Positions 40,255 through 55,254 of a stretch of DNA of 64,000 nucleotides are shown piece by piece (the first letter of the stretch is position 1; each line of letters begins with the position of its first letter). Below the pieces are notes generated by a model. The model was given only the letters and a program-made list of their open reading frames with translations. It searched no databases and was not told where the DNA came from. Source of the DNA: Camelus ferus (Eukaryota); assembly GCF_009834535.1 (NCBI RefSeq), contig NC_045697.1, forward strand, positions 7,070,001 through 7,134,000. Reading direction: 5' to 3'. Made by a program: the position numbers and the translations under genes.

Positions 40255-40700
40255 TTTTTGTATCTGTGGTAAGAAATACAACATAATTTGACATTTTAAC
40301 CATTTTTAAATGTACAATTTAGGAGCATTAATTACATTCGAATTGTACATCAATCACCACTATTTCCAAAACTTTGTAATTACCCCAGCAGAAACTCTGT
40401 ACTTATTTAATAATAATTGTTTATTTGCTCCTCCCTCTCCAGCCCCTTAATAACTTCTAATTTACCTCCTGTCTCTACGAATTTGCCCATTTGATGAAAT
40501 CATTCAATATTTGCTCTTTTGTGCCTGGTTTATTTCAATCAGCATAAAGCTTTCAGGTTCCTCCATGTTGTAGCAAACATCAAAACTTCATTCCTTTTCA
40601 TGGCTGGGTAATATTTCATTGTATGGCTAGACCACATTTGTTTATCTAATTATCTGTATACAGACACTTGAGTTGCTTCTACCATCTAGTGACTGTGAAT
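40255..40700 (-). mobile_element. Older L1 (L1MB-like) 3' fragment
   Basis: ttaaccatttttaaatgtacaatt...cagaaactctgtac...tccatgttgtagca...ttcattccttttcatggctgggtaatatttcattgtatgg. Confidence 0.8.
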
Positions 40701-42204
40701 GAGGGGCAGATTGAATTTTAATAAACAGATAGGCATGGCTAAAAATATCCTTTGAAATTTAAAACATTTTCATGTCTCTTTTTCAAAGTTGCCATACCCC
40801 CTAGTCTGGGGCATGGCGGTTGAGAATTAAGCAGGTCATTGTACATTGAGAGAGGAGGGAAACTGAATTTAAAGGAGTGATATTGGTACAAATGAAATAA
40901 ATGACAGCTAATAGAAAAATAGTCATTTTATGTCCTTGGGAAATTGTTAGGTGCCTTCCCTACCAAAACAGGTAAGTTTCCAAACTATTTAGTGAAAGAA
41001 AATTTTTCTTTCTAAATTACCTTTAATTTGTATCTGTCATGTGTAGAGAAGAAAGAAGCAGCGAGGCCATTCAAATGCATCTTCTTCATTATTTGAATAT
41101 TTCAGAAAAAACAAATAGAACTTTATTACCTAGAGAACTGTCTGAAAAATTGTGTTTGCTTGTCAATGGCCTGGATTTATGTTTATAATTAGAGGCACAA
41201 GAAGATCTCACTGATTTTGGATGTGTTGACCTTGATGTTCATAATGAGCAGTGATACCTGAAGGGTGTTGTTCTATTTCCAGCAGTCAGTTCTTTATTCA
41301 CAGACCCTTTGGTGGGAGACACAGGAAGTGTATTAAAAGAACAATGAATTCACATGTGTTGAATGCCTACTATGTGCTTGGCTGTGCGCACAGCAGCCTT
41401 TAAGATGCACAATTCCTTAAATAAAATCATATTCCTATTTAACATGGAAGCAAACTGATCCTTAAAATAGTTAATCACATTTGTCCAGCATCACCCACAA
41501 TTAATATCAAGATTTAAAACCTAGTTTGCTTACTAGGAAGCAGGTAAACAGTTAAATAGAAGGGAAAAAAAGTAAATCACAGCTGAGTTGGGTACTTGAA
41601 GTGCAAATCAGAACTAGTATAGTCTTTAATTGTGTGGAAAATGTAAGATTGCTACTAAAGATAGAACTTCCAAATTAAAGGAAGTAGAAATGGAGTTGGC
41701 CATGCATTCTCTCCTGAATGCTGTGCACAGCTTCTAACACACAGTGTTAAATGTCTTTGCAGCTTTCTTTTGTGTTTGACAAATTATCTAAGAGATCCTG
41801 TAGGTCTGCCTACATAGAGGACAGAGTTTTCCCAGCTGATTCCAGTCCACAGTCTGTTCTAAGTGTTTCTCTTTCTCATATAGTTTGATGGGGCTATAAT
41901 AAAATACAGCATAAGCAACACAGTGTACGTGCCTCCACTCTACTTACGCAACAGATGATTTATGCAAAATCACTTAATCACTGTCACATACCATCAAAAG
42001 GTTGGAACGAAAATAGGCAAATGCCTTAGGTCAAAATGGTTGAAATTACATAGGAGGCTCGAGGACTCATAATAATGATAACTTACATTTGTATAATGGA
42101 CTCTAAGGTCCATGAAAGCTCACACCTATATTAATCTCCCTTTAAAATATGACCAAAAATCCATTAAGTAGGTGTCTGCCCATTTTATTGTCAAGGAACA
42201 ACCA

Positions 42205-42790
42205 AGTATGGCAGCTTGTCTCCAAAGAGGTCCCCCAGGGAACCACACCTCCTATTATTCACCTCCTATGGAGTCCTGCCCACTGAATCTGGGCTGGCCC
42301 TATTGAAACAGTACCCTGTGGGGGCAGTTTCACTATGCAACACTTGCAACTTTGGCTTCACTCTCTTGGAACACTCACTCTGGGGAAAGTCGGCTATCAT
42401 AGAAGAAGTTCCACCAATGACCATAAGTCTGCCAAATTGTAAGGAAGCCCAAGTTGGCCACATGGAGAGACAGAGAGAGACAAAGAGAGAGAGGGAGAGA
42501 GAGAGAGAAAGAGAGAAAGAGAGGATAATGTCCAGCCAGCCCCCAAGAATTGCAGTCATTCCAACTGAGGCATCAAATATGTAATTAAAGAAGCCATCTT
42601 GGATTCCCAGTCAAGTCCGGCCTTCAGGTAACTTCAGTCCTAACCACCATCTGACTACAACTGGGTGAGCGCTCAAGGAAGAACTGACCTGTTTCCATCC
42701 CACCCACAGAACTATAAGGGATAATACCTTGCTGCATTAGGCCACTAAATTTTGGGGTAGTTTGTTATGCAGCTGTGAGTAACTGGAGTA
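42205..42790 (+). mobile_element. MLT1H-like LTR containing a (GA)n tract at ~42465-42522
   Basis: ctccaaagaggtccccc...cactgaatctgggctggccct...gccactaaattttggggtagtttgttatgcagc. Confidence 0.8.
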
Positions 42791-43433
42791 TCAGGTCTAC
42801 CTAGCTTTTATTGTTTTTCCCATTGCACCCAAAACACTGCTAAATGAGGACTATAGCTTTAATCAGCCACTAACAACTGGATATCTGCTACCTGCAAAAA
42901 CCTGTGTGAGACACTGGCTTCACCTGGGGACGGCGGAGAGTTAGACAAGTGATTAGACATCATACATACAGTGTCGAAGGTGTTAGGAAGTAGCTCTGAG
43001 TTCTCACCTGCATTAGGCTGTAGCTAACTACATGAGCACCGACAGTGATTTAGCTCCTCCAGGGCTCGCAAACTTTTTTCTCATAAAACAAGAAAATTAG
43101 CTTAAATGACTTCTAAGACCCCTTTCAATTCTATCAGTGGATAGGTATCAGCTGATATTTATCTTGAGGTTGTTGAGTGGGTTTCAAAAAAGATGTAATT
43201 TATTTTTAAGACACATACATACACACACATTCATGTGTTGGAAAAATCTGGAACAATACAAACCAAAATGTTGACAGTGATTATTTCTGAAAAATCTTAC
43301 TTGAAGTATCTAGTTTTCCTACAACGGACATGTATTCCTTGGGCAGCAAAAAGTCATGCATTTTGTTTGTTTTTAAGAGAGAGTAAAGTGAGTTTAAGCT
43401 GAGAAAAATGGCTAGAAAGTAGATTTAAGTCTT

Positions 43434-43957
43434 TGTGTTAGTTTCTTATTACATAACAAGTTACTACAAACCTAGCAGCTTAAATCAACATGCATCTCAG
43501 TTTCCACGAGGCAGGAGTCAAGCTCTCAGCCAGAAGCATTCTCATCTGGAGCTTGGGGCCCTCTTCCAAGCTCACAGGTTGTTGGAAAATCTGAGTTCTT
43601 TGCTACGGGAGGAATGCCACCTTTGTTTTCTTGCTCATTGTTGGCTGGGGACACTTTCAGTATTGCTGGCCACTACAGTCCCTTGCTATGTTCCCCCACT
43701 CCTAAGCCTCTCACATGGCAGGTGATTTCTTCAAAACCAGTAAGAGAATTTGTCTCTCCAGCTGCTAAGTTGGAGTCTTAGATAATGTAACAGAGTCACA
43801 TCCCAACAACCTTGCCATATAATGTAACCTGTTCTGCAGAGTAAATATCCCATCTTATTTACAAGTCCTGCCCACATTCAAGAGGAGAAAATTACATAGA
43901 ATGTGTGCACCGGGGAGGGGAATCTTGGAAGGGGACATTCTTGACTTCTGACTACTA
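43434..43957 (-). mobile_element. MLT1 (D/E-like) LTR
   Basis: tgtgttagtttcttattacataacaagttactacaaacctagcagcttaaa...cacaggttgttgg...cctgcccacattcaagaggag. Confidence 0.75.
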
Positions 43958-45504
43958 TGTCTTTTTTTACTGATATTTATCATAAGTTCCTAATATCTAT
44001 TTTTTTCCTTCTTGGTGCTCTACACTCTTCATGGGCAGGTATGTTGGGGAAAGGATTCTCTTTTGTACAGAAAGGTAGGGAAGCCTGGAGGTCAGATATG
44101 CCAGCCATGAAGACAGGCAACCCAGGGAGCAAGTCTGGCTCTGCTATTTACTAGCCATGTGACTGGGAAAATTACTTAGTATCTTTGTGCCTTGGATCCC
44201 CCATCCATCCATAAAATGAGGTTAATAGTACCTGTCTCAGAGGTTGATGTGAAGATTAAATGAGATAATTACACACCCAGCTTTTAGTTAGTATTCAGCC
44301 ATTATCTCATTACCCTCTGTAGGGGATGTCACTGGTCATAAGAACTGAATTACTTTTCCATATTAGAAGAGGTTTTATACAAATACGATCTCTTATATTT
44401 GTACATTGGCCACTAACCATGCAATGCCCACAGAATCTCTGTGAAGAAGACATCATTCATCCTGTTTTACAGAAAGGTACCAGAAGTTCAGAAGTTAGAG
44501 AAATTGCCCAAGGTCACATAGCTGTGAAAAATCTCCCTGTTCTTCAGAATCGACAGGCAGTATTCTTTGCAGTATGCCGACATGCGAAAGCGGTCTGAGA
44601 CTTGTTCTTCATGACATCATGTGGTAGAACTCATATCCACTGGAGGAAGCTAGGGGAACAGAGATTTAGTTACAGGAAGTGTGAATGTCAGTGGCCAATT
44701 TGGAGATGTAATGGGTTTCCCTGGAGAATACTGGATTCTCCCCTAGTGCAGTTTCAGGAAGCAGCTGTGTAGTGTGGCACAGTGGAAAGGGCTTGGGCAT
44801 TAGGATGATTCACTTAGTTAATAAATATTTGTAATTCCTATCTCAAGCACTGTTCTATTTGCTGAGGATATGACGGTAAGAAAAACCAATGAGCTTGGAT
44901 TAATTATTTCTTCCCGGCTTTTGTAAGAATTAACTAAGACAGTATACTGTGAAATGCTGTCCGTGCCTGGCCCAGAAGAGGTGTTCCCAGGAGGTCAGTC
45001 AGATCACGAGGCTGGGATGTGGTACAAGGGTTTTCACTTCAGACTGACAGCCAGGCTAGAATTACAATTCAATCTACAAACAAGAACTTCCTGTCTGCCA
45101 TGTGCCAGGCACTGTCCCAGGTGCCAGGGTGTTGTGGTCAAGAGGAAGAGACATTCGTGCACTAGCTCTAAGTGAAATACTTATCAAGCAATAGACAGGC
45201 AACATCCTGTAGCACAAGTAAGATGGAGTGATGCCCTCATTTGTGGGAACCAGGATGCTCTCCTGAAGGTGGAGTTTGACGTTGATGCATTGACACTACA
45301 TTGATAGTCTGGTAAACCAAAGAAGAGACTACTCCTTGGTAACAATTGTGTCTCTTCTTGTATTTAGCATTTGTATGTGTCAGAGAATACAATGGACTCA
45401 TCCCCTATGGTCTGTTATTTAACTGGAAAAATTGCTATAACTCTGTGGGCTGGTCATTATTATTCATGTGAAATACAAACAGAATAAGACATTTAGGCAA
45501 GTTT

Positions 45505-45995
45505 ACTATCTTAGATTGGATGCCCTAGAAGCAAAGCCTGAGTTGGGGATTCCTGTATTCTGGGGCAAGTCATTCCCTAGGAGTGGGGTTACAGAAGTCA
45601 TGAATAAGGCCATGCGGAACATGGGATAAAATGGAAGAAATTAAGCAAAAGTGTAATTTCAGGAGAAGTCTAACCTCAACCCAATCCAAGGAGGAGTTCT
45701 GGGGCATGAGCTGTACCATCGAGGCTGTCCTGCCTGGAGACCAGGGGGCCGGGCTGCTACCCGACAGCTTGACTTCTTGCCCCACATCGGTCCGTCTTTA
45801 GTCACAGGCAACCCCGAGGGAAGCAGGAAAGCAGGGCGGACATAACTTCCCAGGTACCTCCAGGTAAGGTGGCTTCTGACAGCTAAGAGAAATGCTCCAG
45901 GAAACAGTACAGACTGAGCAATCAGCAGCCAGCTCCTCTGGTGGTGGGGATGGGAGCACTTCCCTGGTACACAGAACCTGGATGGGGCACCAGCA
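45505..45995 (-). mobile_element. LTR16/LTR33-like ERVL LTR
   Basis: tcttagattggatgccctagaagcaaagcctgagttggggattc...gggcaccagcagc. Confidence 0.55.
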
Positions 45996-47596
45996 GCCAG
46001 GGCTCCAGTCCCGAAACTGGGAAGTGGATGAGGAAACCAAGGCCATGGGTGCCTCTGACTGTTTCAAAACCAGTCTGGGTGTATTTCTCAAAGTCCTAAA
46101 TGCTCTTAACCACCAAGCCCCATACCCACAGAGTTTAGTTTTACTTCATCTCATTGAATTCTCCCCAGAAGAAAGTTAAGTCAGTGTCAGCCCATTTATA
46201 TCAAGAATGGAACAGGTTGTGAGAACTGGAACCTAAGACCACATGGTCAATAATTGGTAGAGTTGGGATTTGTACCTGTCTTCTGGTTCTGTTTTTTTTC
46301 CTCTCCGGTTACCTAACTGGGAAAACTGGGGAAAATGGAGTGAAGATCTTGGTATCAGGGTGACCTGAAGGACCGAGGCCATGTCTTACATGAAAATATT
46401 GCAGTCAAGCATCTCAGTCAGGAGAGTCTGTAGCTTTGGTCCTCACCCCTTGTCTGCCATTTGGAGAGCTCCTTTGTTGTGCTCTGATCTTTAGCTTAAG
46501 CTCAGACTTCCTAAATGAACGTCTGCCAGGAAGGAATGGGCTTTATCTTGTGCCCTTTGTATCAAATCCCAGCCCCTCTTTGCTTGAAGACAATCTGATA
46601 CACCTCTCTGTGCATCCTGGCGTTCTACACGCCCATCACTTTTCCAGGAGCTGCCTGACACACACTTGCGCTTTATTTCACCCTCCCCGATCCACAATTG
46701 CATAGACTGAAAAGTAGCGGAGCGTGGACATTGGACACTAAATTCTGGTTGTAGCAGTCAACGGCTCTGGCATCGTGGGCAAGCCCTTTAGTCTCTGACT
46801 TTGAGTTTCCTCTTCTGTAAAATTAGTGCTATGCCATTTCCTATGTCTCAGAATTGTCACATAGATTAGAAGCGACATATTTAAAATGCCAAGCACGTCG
46901 CAGGTATGCAATAAGTGGTAGTTATTTTTATATGACAGATACATCTGCACAGGAGACAGAGACACAGCGGTGCCTGCTAAGTAAGCTTCCACCACTTGGA
47001 AAAGTGGATGTCAAGGCCACAGTGTCTGACCCAGAGTGAGTTTTCAGTGTGTTTAACCCGTCTCCATGCCCTGTAGACAAGTCTCTTGCCTGCTTCTTCC
47101 TGCCGCCCTTCCCCTCCCCATCACCCAGGGATGATGGATGTCTTGATTCCTCAAGCTGCCCTGGTCCAGAGTGCCCTGCTCTGGTTACATCCATTGCCTC
47201 CTGTGCTCCAGCTCCCTGGCAATTCCTCCAAGAAGCCCTCCTGTGGAGAGAACAGGGTCGTGTGGCCCACAGGTTAAGTGATCCGGGTCACAGCTCTGCC
47301 CCATGACCTTTGGGAAGATGCCTCATCTCTTGTGCCTCCTTAGCAATGGTATGGCAGAAGGTGCCTGTCATCTCTCACCTTGATTGTCGATGATACGTGA
47401 CGACCCCTCCCCCTTTCTTCTAAAACAGTGAGGGGAGGTGCTGTTCTCATGCCCCAGTTTCCTCTTCTCTCTAAGGGGACCAGTTGATTTCTCTCAGGGA
47501 TGTTCTTGTATTAAATGAGAAAGTACCAAACACACAGCACTGGCCAGCAGCACACAGGTGGAGCTAAAGGCCTTTCCTCTGCTTTTCAAGCCCTTC

Positions 47597-47627
<31 letters not shown>

Positions 47628-49749
47628 CACGGAACAGCCTCCCTATTCCTTCCATATTCTATTGTTGTTGTTTTAAATTTAAACACAGACTAGCTAATGG
47701 CTATTTGTTCCTGCATTAACATTCTCTTTCACACTCTTGAGAGCTTAATACCATGCTAAGCACATAGTAGGGCCTCAAAAGAAATATACAATTTTAGTGA
47801 ATACTGGAACTCTTGGCAGTGACCTCTGATCCCAACCCTGTAAGTAGCAGGCGCGCCGAGGGTTGGTCCCTTCTGCCCTCATCTCTCTCCCGCTGAGCAC
47901 AGTCTCCCGGGGGAGAGAGAGCAAGGCACTGGTGCTCAGAGGCACATCACCATTTTTGCTAAAGTAGCAAATTTTCAAGCTGTGAGCTGATAACCAAGTA
48001 GCATTAACAGGATTTCAGCACTATCTGATCCCTGGGAGAAGGGAGGGGGCTGTCCTGACTCAGAAGCATCCAGTGAGGTGAAGACTCCACATGCATAGCT
48101 GAGGCTCTGCTCAGCTGCTCCCAGCTTCCTATCTGGAAGGTCATCACCCAAAGGCCCCCAGGCAGCCCCCGAGCCTGGGCCAGTCAGGGCGGCAACCTCA
48201 CTACTTCCCATCAACATCATTCTCTCATTGTAAATAGACTTAGTGTCAGGCATGTTTGGAGAGGGATCAGGTGCCCATCTGGCTCCGGAGCCATTGCCTC
48301 TGGGCATCCGTGAAGGTGGGCCTTGGTCTACTGCAGGATCTCCCGGCACCTGACAGTGCTCGGGTGAGACCTCAGTGCTCTGTCTGGAGCAATGGCTTCA
48401 CACTGCTTGTACCTTCCAAATGGCTGGCTCAGGTGGTACCCTAAGTAGATGAACAGAAATAGCCACTAGGACCCCCCTGCCCCCTTGCCCATTGTGGACC
48501 TCCATGAACACATTTTCAGTCAAGACCCACACCCCCAAATCAACAATGACTGAATGTATACCTACCAATATTTAAAGTGGATCATCCCCTGTTATCAGCT
48601 GGGTCAGCCGCAGCAGCTTGATCATGTCTCCAGTGCTTGGTCCTCCCCTCCTCCATCCCTACACACCACCTCTTGCCCCGACAAGGTGGGCTTCAAGCCC
48701 TCCATCCTGTTAGGTACAGGCATTCATAAGTGCTTTGCAATGAGCATCCTCTTAGGAATCAGAAAATTCATATCAGGGTCTCCACTCAGTCTCCAAATTC
48801 CTGGGCATCTGTGATAACTCGATTTCCCCTTTTGGGGCCTCCCATTTTTTTATTCTTAAGTGAGGGTGATAAAAACAAGATCCAATGATGTGTAACGGGG
48901 GGATGTGCTTTGCAGGCTGAAAAATACCCTGCTGGACGCCTGCTTTATTTCCGCCGCACCCTCTGGTAAGTTGGGTGTTTATTGACAACCTCAAAGAGGG
49001 TTGAAGAAGGCATTCTCTCTGCTGTCTGGGCAAGGCCAGGCACGGGGCACGGGCCAGGCTAAGGTCAAGCCTGCTGCAGCTGCTGGACTCCAACCAAGGG
49101 GACTCACCTCCCACAGAGCACTTCTGAGAAACCCTCAGCCTCACGCTTGCTCCTTTTGAGTTTAGAAAGAGTCAGGTAGAAAAAACAAAAAATACAAAAG
49201 ACCTGTGCTTTGGCTCTAAGTGAGCTCTGAGCCCTGGCTCACAATAAATGCGACCTTGGGCAAGTTCCTTACCCTCTTTGTGCCTATTTCTTCCTCTTTG
49301 AACTTGCCAAGATAACCCCTACTTCCTGGAATGGCTTGGGGAAATTTCAGTGAGTCCTCATGTATGAGGCCCATTTCACTCCTCTGCCTTCAGTGTAAAC
49401 TATGTCAGGAAAAGGGTTTATTTTGCTTGCCTATATTTTTGGTTTTACTGTCATGAATATATTTTGCATTCACAATAAGAAGAACTCCCAGTTTATTTAA
49501 TTCTGTAAAAGGCTGGCAGAATGGAGAATGCATGAAAAAACTGAGGCTCCGAGGGTCTTCTGTGACCACTTCCAACAACCTAGTTGCTCGAGGCAGAAGT
49601 GAAACTGAAATCAGGCCTCTCGCCTCGCCTCTTGGAGCAGGTGCAAGGCATTGCCAGTCCTCTACACCCTGCTTTGCATTTTTCTCTTTTCCATTTTAAC
49701 CCTTGAGAGTTTAAATGTCTTTTCACCTTCAGGACTCCAAATTTGGAGT

Positions 49750-50553
49750 TGATTTTATTCTATGTGGCTTTCTGGAGACCCACTGCCAGCTGGCAGCCCA
49801 GAGATCATTCTGAAGGCCGGTAACCACTGTTGGGAGTTTCACCGATGGCTGCAATCAGACATAAGTCTAAGCCTTCTTTGAGGCAAGTCTTTCGTTAGTT
49901 ATTAACAACTTTCCCAGCCTTAACTACTTTGTCCACTTTGAGTTTACACGGGATTAAAATCCACACTACCTGCTGAAGTTGGGAATGGGTGAAACTGGCA
50001 CCTCCCAAGAATAAGAGGGGACCTCAGGGAAGCTAAATCTCACAATGCCAGTAAAAAATAAATCTGATGACCACAGCGAGGGATTAAAAATTTAGAAGGC
50101 AATGAAGAAAGGAGAGGAGAGAATTACACAATAGCTGTGAAAAACATTTTTTTTTTTGAGTAACAAAGGAATATAGATTGTTCTATAGATTGCTTCATAA
50201 GTGAACACCGACAAGCTATTTTGAGTTGGGGGCAAGTTAATTACCATCAAAAAAAAAAGGGAGCATCTCCAGATTTTTTTTTAGCAGTGAAATATTTTAG
50301 TTCCTTCATATAGAGACATATTACACAATGTTAACATCCATGAAAAACAATACAAAATGCCCTCGATTTAACAAGTAGAAAAATATAACTAGTATATATG
50401 GCAATTGTGAATCTAATACTGTACAGAAGTAATTTATGGATTTTACAAATAAATTATAGCTTAAACGCCCTTTTAAAATTCTTTGTTTCCCCCCTCCCCA
50501 GATGTACATCAGAACTTACAACAGGAAATGTTCCGAGCCTAGCTTATTGCAAA
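49750..50553 (-). other. HS3ST1: Proximal HS3ST1 3' UTR (distal end uncertain)
   Basis: AT-rich, apparently repeat-free sequence directly after the TGA. The first AATAAA hexamers I find on the minus strand are at 49754-49759, 49492-49497 and 49417-49422. Confidence 0.55.
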
Positions 50554-51600
<1,047 letters not shown>

Positions 51601-51726
51601 CTAGGAAACAAAGGGGAAATTATTAACCCCAAATAAATGCTCGGCTTAGTCAAGCTGCCCACTCTGCTGTCTTGGGCATGGTTGTTCACCACCTTGGGGT
51701 GTTCTCAGTTTCTGTGTCCTGTGAAG

Positions 51727-52038
51727 CAGGAGTGGCAGTTTCTGTAGAAGGCAAGATAATAAATGTTTTAGGCTTTTGGGGACATGCAGTATCTATGGCA
51801 ACTCCAACTATGCTGTTTGGCTCTAAAGCACCCAGAGAAAATGCACAGAGGAATGGCTGTGGTTGTGTCCCAGTAAAACTTTATGGTTGGACACTGACAT
51901 TTGAACGTCATATAATTTCCACGGGTCATTAACTATTACTCTTCTTTTGATTCTTTTTCAAACATTTACATGTGCAGCGCTTTGTGGGCACAAAAGCAAG
52001 GCCCGGTTTGGCCTGCAGTCACAGTTTGCCACCCCGTG
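51727..52038 (+). mobile_element. MER58B-like hAT-Charlie element ~125 bp into the intron
   Basis: tttctgtagaaggcaagataataaatgttttaggctttt...tggctgtggttgtgtcccagtaaaactttat...tttggcctgcagtcacagtttgccacccc. Confidence 0.85.
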
Positions 52039-55000
52039 CGATAAAGGAAACAGTTGAACAGGTCTTTTGGCCCTCAGTCAACATCCGTGAAATAACTACT
52101 AGCTGCCAGCCCCCGGCAGAGCGGCCAGTGATTAGAAGCCGGCATTGTTCCAGCTCCCCCACCCACCGGGGGCTCCTGATCCAACCCAGGGGACAGAAGT
52201 CCACTGCGGGCAGCACGGCCATTGCCCTCATGAATGGGAGTGCCTGCCTGTGGTGGTAGCTGTTGAGATTTGTGGTGGTTTATATTCCAGCACAACTTTG
52301 GCAAAGGTTAACTGATACAACCTGACTGCAGGCATCAGTGAGATACATGCTACGATTCTAGCGTAGGCAGGCTAGTGTGAGTGTCTACATTCATTCATTT
52401 TGCCCTAAACAATGAAGTATGGCTTCCTAGCAGAGGAAGTGTTTGAAGTGGGCCTAGAGGGATAAACAGGTGAGGGTACCAGAAAGAACAAAAAAACCTT
52501 CACACATGCAAAGTTTTACTGTTTATAAAGTGGTCTTGCAGTCGGCTTGGTGGATCGTCAGCATAACAAGGATGGGTAAGGGAGGAAGGCAGGACAGTTT
52601 TGGACGAGAGTCTTCCCCAAGGACACAAAAATTTAGTCCATTTCAAAATTCAAGGCCCACATTTAAAACTCTACATGCAGGGCTCTTCCTATGAACTGCC
52701 TCCTTCATTCCTTCTCCTCTTTACCTGTCTGAGATTCATCACATGTAGGCATGAAATTTCCCCGTGGATGCAGGCCCTTCTGGGCTAGTTGGCATGGAGT
52801 TCCCAAAGACAAATGAGCCATGGTTGATGTTTTTAGGGGGCTGATAAGCAGCACTCTGTGTTTGACCCTCTCCCGGAAAGAGGAGATTGGAAAGTCTCTT
52901 TTAAGTAATCTCTGTCTAAACACCGTTCAGGAAGAGCTGGAGACGGGCCCAGTTTGGGGACTGTGGGATTTACAGAGCCAGACAAATGTTCTCTATCAAG
53001 AGGGCCCATCATCTTCTTTATGCCAAGTTTAAAATACCCTTTTTAGTTTAAAACGTGTCTAAAATATACAAATGAGGAACAACACTCAGGGCTTCCGTGT
53101 TTATGATCAGACTACTTGCTCCGCCTCCCTCAGACACTAACTGCATGAGCTGGTTGGAAAGATGTACATAAAAGACCAAGCAATCGAAAAGCTGGAAACC
53201 TTCAGAACATCACAGAACACTGGAAATGGGACTTGCAAAATCACCTGACATGATTATTCAGGGGAAAAAACGAAAAAAAAAAAAAAGTTTAAAGAGGGCT
53301 GGCCAAACAAGATAGGTTCAAGGTTGGTCTTACTGACTGGATGAGCTCAATTTAAGGGACCACTTGCTTTAGTGAACTGAACATTTTAGTATGTCTCAGT
53401 GAAATTCCATTTCCTTTTCAACAGCCCATGTGGGTCGACCCGACAGACCGACTGTGCTTGCTTTTACATGTTTGGGGTATGTGTGGGTGCACTCGGGGGC
53501 TTGTGTCTGTGCATCGAATGCACGCGTATGCCGGTGTGTGTGTGCAGGTGTGGCCTGTGCAGGGGGTGGGGTGGAGGGAGCGAGGGTAGCTTCTCCACGC
53601 TGGACAGCTGTACTCTTAGTGGTGGGCAGTGTTATCCCCACATCACAGCTCTGCGTCCAGACTCAGGAAGCAACCCAATCATGCAACGCCTGAGGGACAG
53701 AGTCGGAGCCCAGATCTGAAATTGATATTGTCTGACCATTCCTGCTCTCTCTACTCTTTTATAAGGCATCCTGGTGAGTCCAGTGCACATCTGAGCTCTT
53801 CTTCCTAAAGGGGAATTACCAGCAGACAGTGGGGAGAAGAAACTAAATACAGTTTGTTCTTTACAAAAGCAAAACAAAAAAACAAACAAAAAAGCCTGTG
53901 TACTTAGTACCTTAAAAGCTCCTCATTTGCGTATAGTTTCTAAAAGTGTATATTTACTTGTTCTAACCCTTCTACATTACACTTAAAAAATATTTGAGGT
54001 ATATGGAAAAAAATTTAGTTGAAGTCGTATATGTATATGTGTCTTATGTATGAAACTTTAGCTAAGTTTGATGTATATACATACATATATATTATGTATA
54101 TATACACACATATATTTGTACATCTAAATATATATATAAAATATATCACACACACATAGTGGCCACTGAGAACCAAGTGCCTCCTGCTGTAGGGTGACAG
54201 TGTGTGTCTCAGTGGCACAGCCAGAATTTCTGTGCCTTTAAGTAACACTCTCAGAAAAGGAAAGATGTCCAAGCTCAGGTGAATCTGTAAGCCAGGACAT
54301 CTGGGCCACGCTGATCTTGACAATGGAGTGGTGAGCATCAGAGCAGAAGGGTGCTATTGAGTCCCTGCTTTTCATCTATGGTTAAGGAGGCCCTGAGGTG
54401 ATGGGCCCAAGGTCACATGGAAAATTGGAGCCTGGAGGGTGTGGCTCCTGCATCCCAGTTTGGTACTCTCTCTGCGAGTAACTGCCATCTCCTTGGCACG
54501 TGATCTTAGCATAAAATCATGGCAACGTTTTAGGGGTCCTGAAGAAGAATCCCCCCCAAAATCCCAGCAGTGGCAAGCCCCAGCCACCAACTCCAGAATC
54601 AGTGGATACACAAGCACACGCATACAGAACGGAGTCAAACTCCTTCATTTGTTCTGCTCAGGAGGAGGGTCTAAAGGAATTACACAGGGATCCTGACTCT
54701 AGTTTTGACTTTCATCGAAGTGACTTAACCTCTCTTAGCCTCAGTTTCTCATCTGTGATGTGGTAATGATTCCACCTGCCTCAACTGGTTACTTTGGGAC
54801 TGAAACGAGATGAGTTGTCAGTGCTGTCCAACAGAAAAGCAACGGGAATCACATATGACCTTTTTTCATTTATTACACAAATATTTATTGAATGCATGCT
54901 ACATCCCTAGCATTTTGGCTAAGCGAGGAGATGAATTCCCCAGTACCTGCCCCCCTCCATCACGCCAACCACAGCACCTTCCCCATCAGAGTCACTGCAG

Positions 55001-55254
55001 CAGATGAGTTGTGTAAATAAAAGTATAGCACACAGCTTTACCACATTCTCAGAAAAACTCAGATCTCCAGAGGCAACTGAGAGATGCTCAGGAAGGTAAC
55101 AGCAGCCCGTCTCAAAGGTGATAGTAACTGCTATTTATGTCCCCGACACTTAGTCATAGCTCATCCTATGACAGGTCATATCTTATTATTGCTTTTATTA
55201 GAGATGTTAAAATGACCCACCTATGTACTGGTACATTTTCCAGGAGCCCCATTA

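Noticed and set aside
47615..47686. Direct repeat ttttaaatttaaacac x2 next to a poly-T run
   Set aside because: Only two units with degenerate continuation, so a small old tandem duplication rather than an array or a retrocopy TSD.
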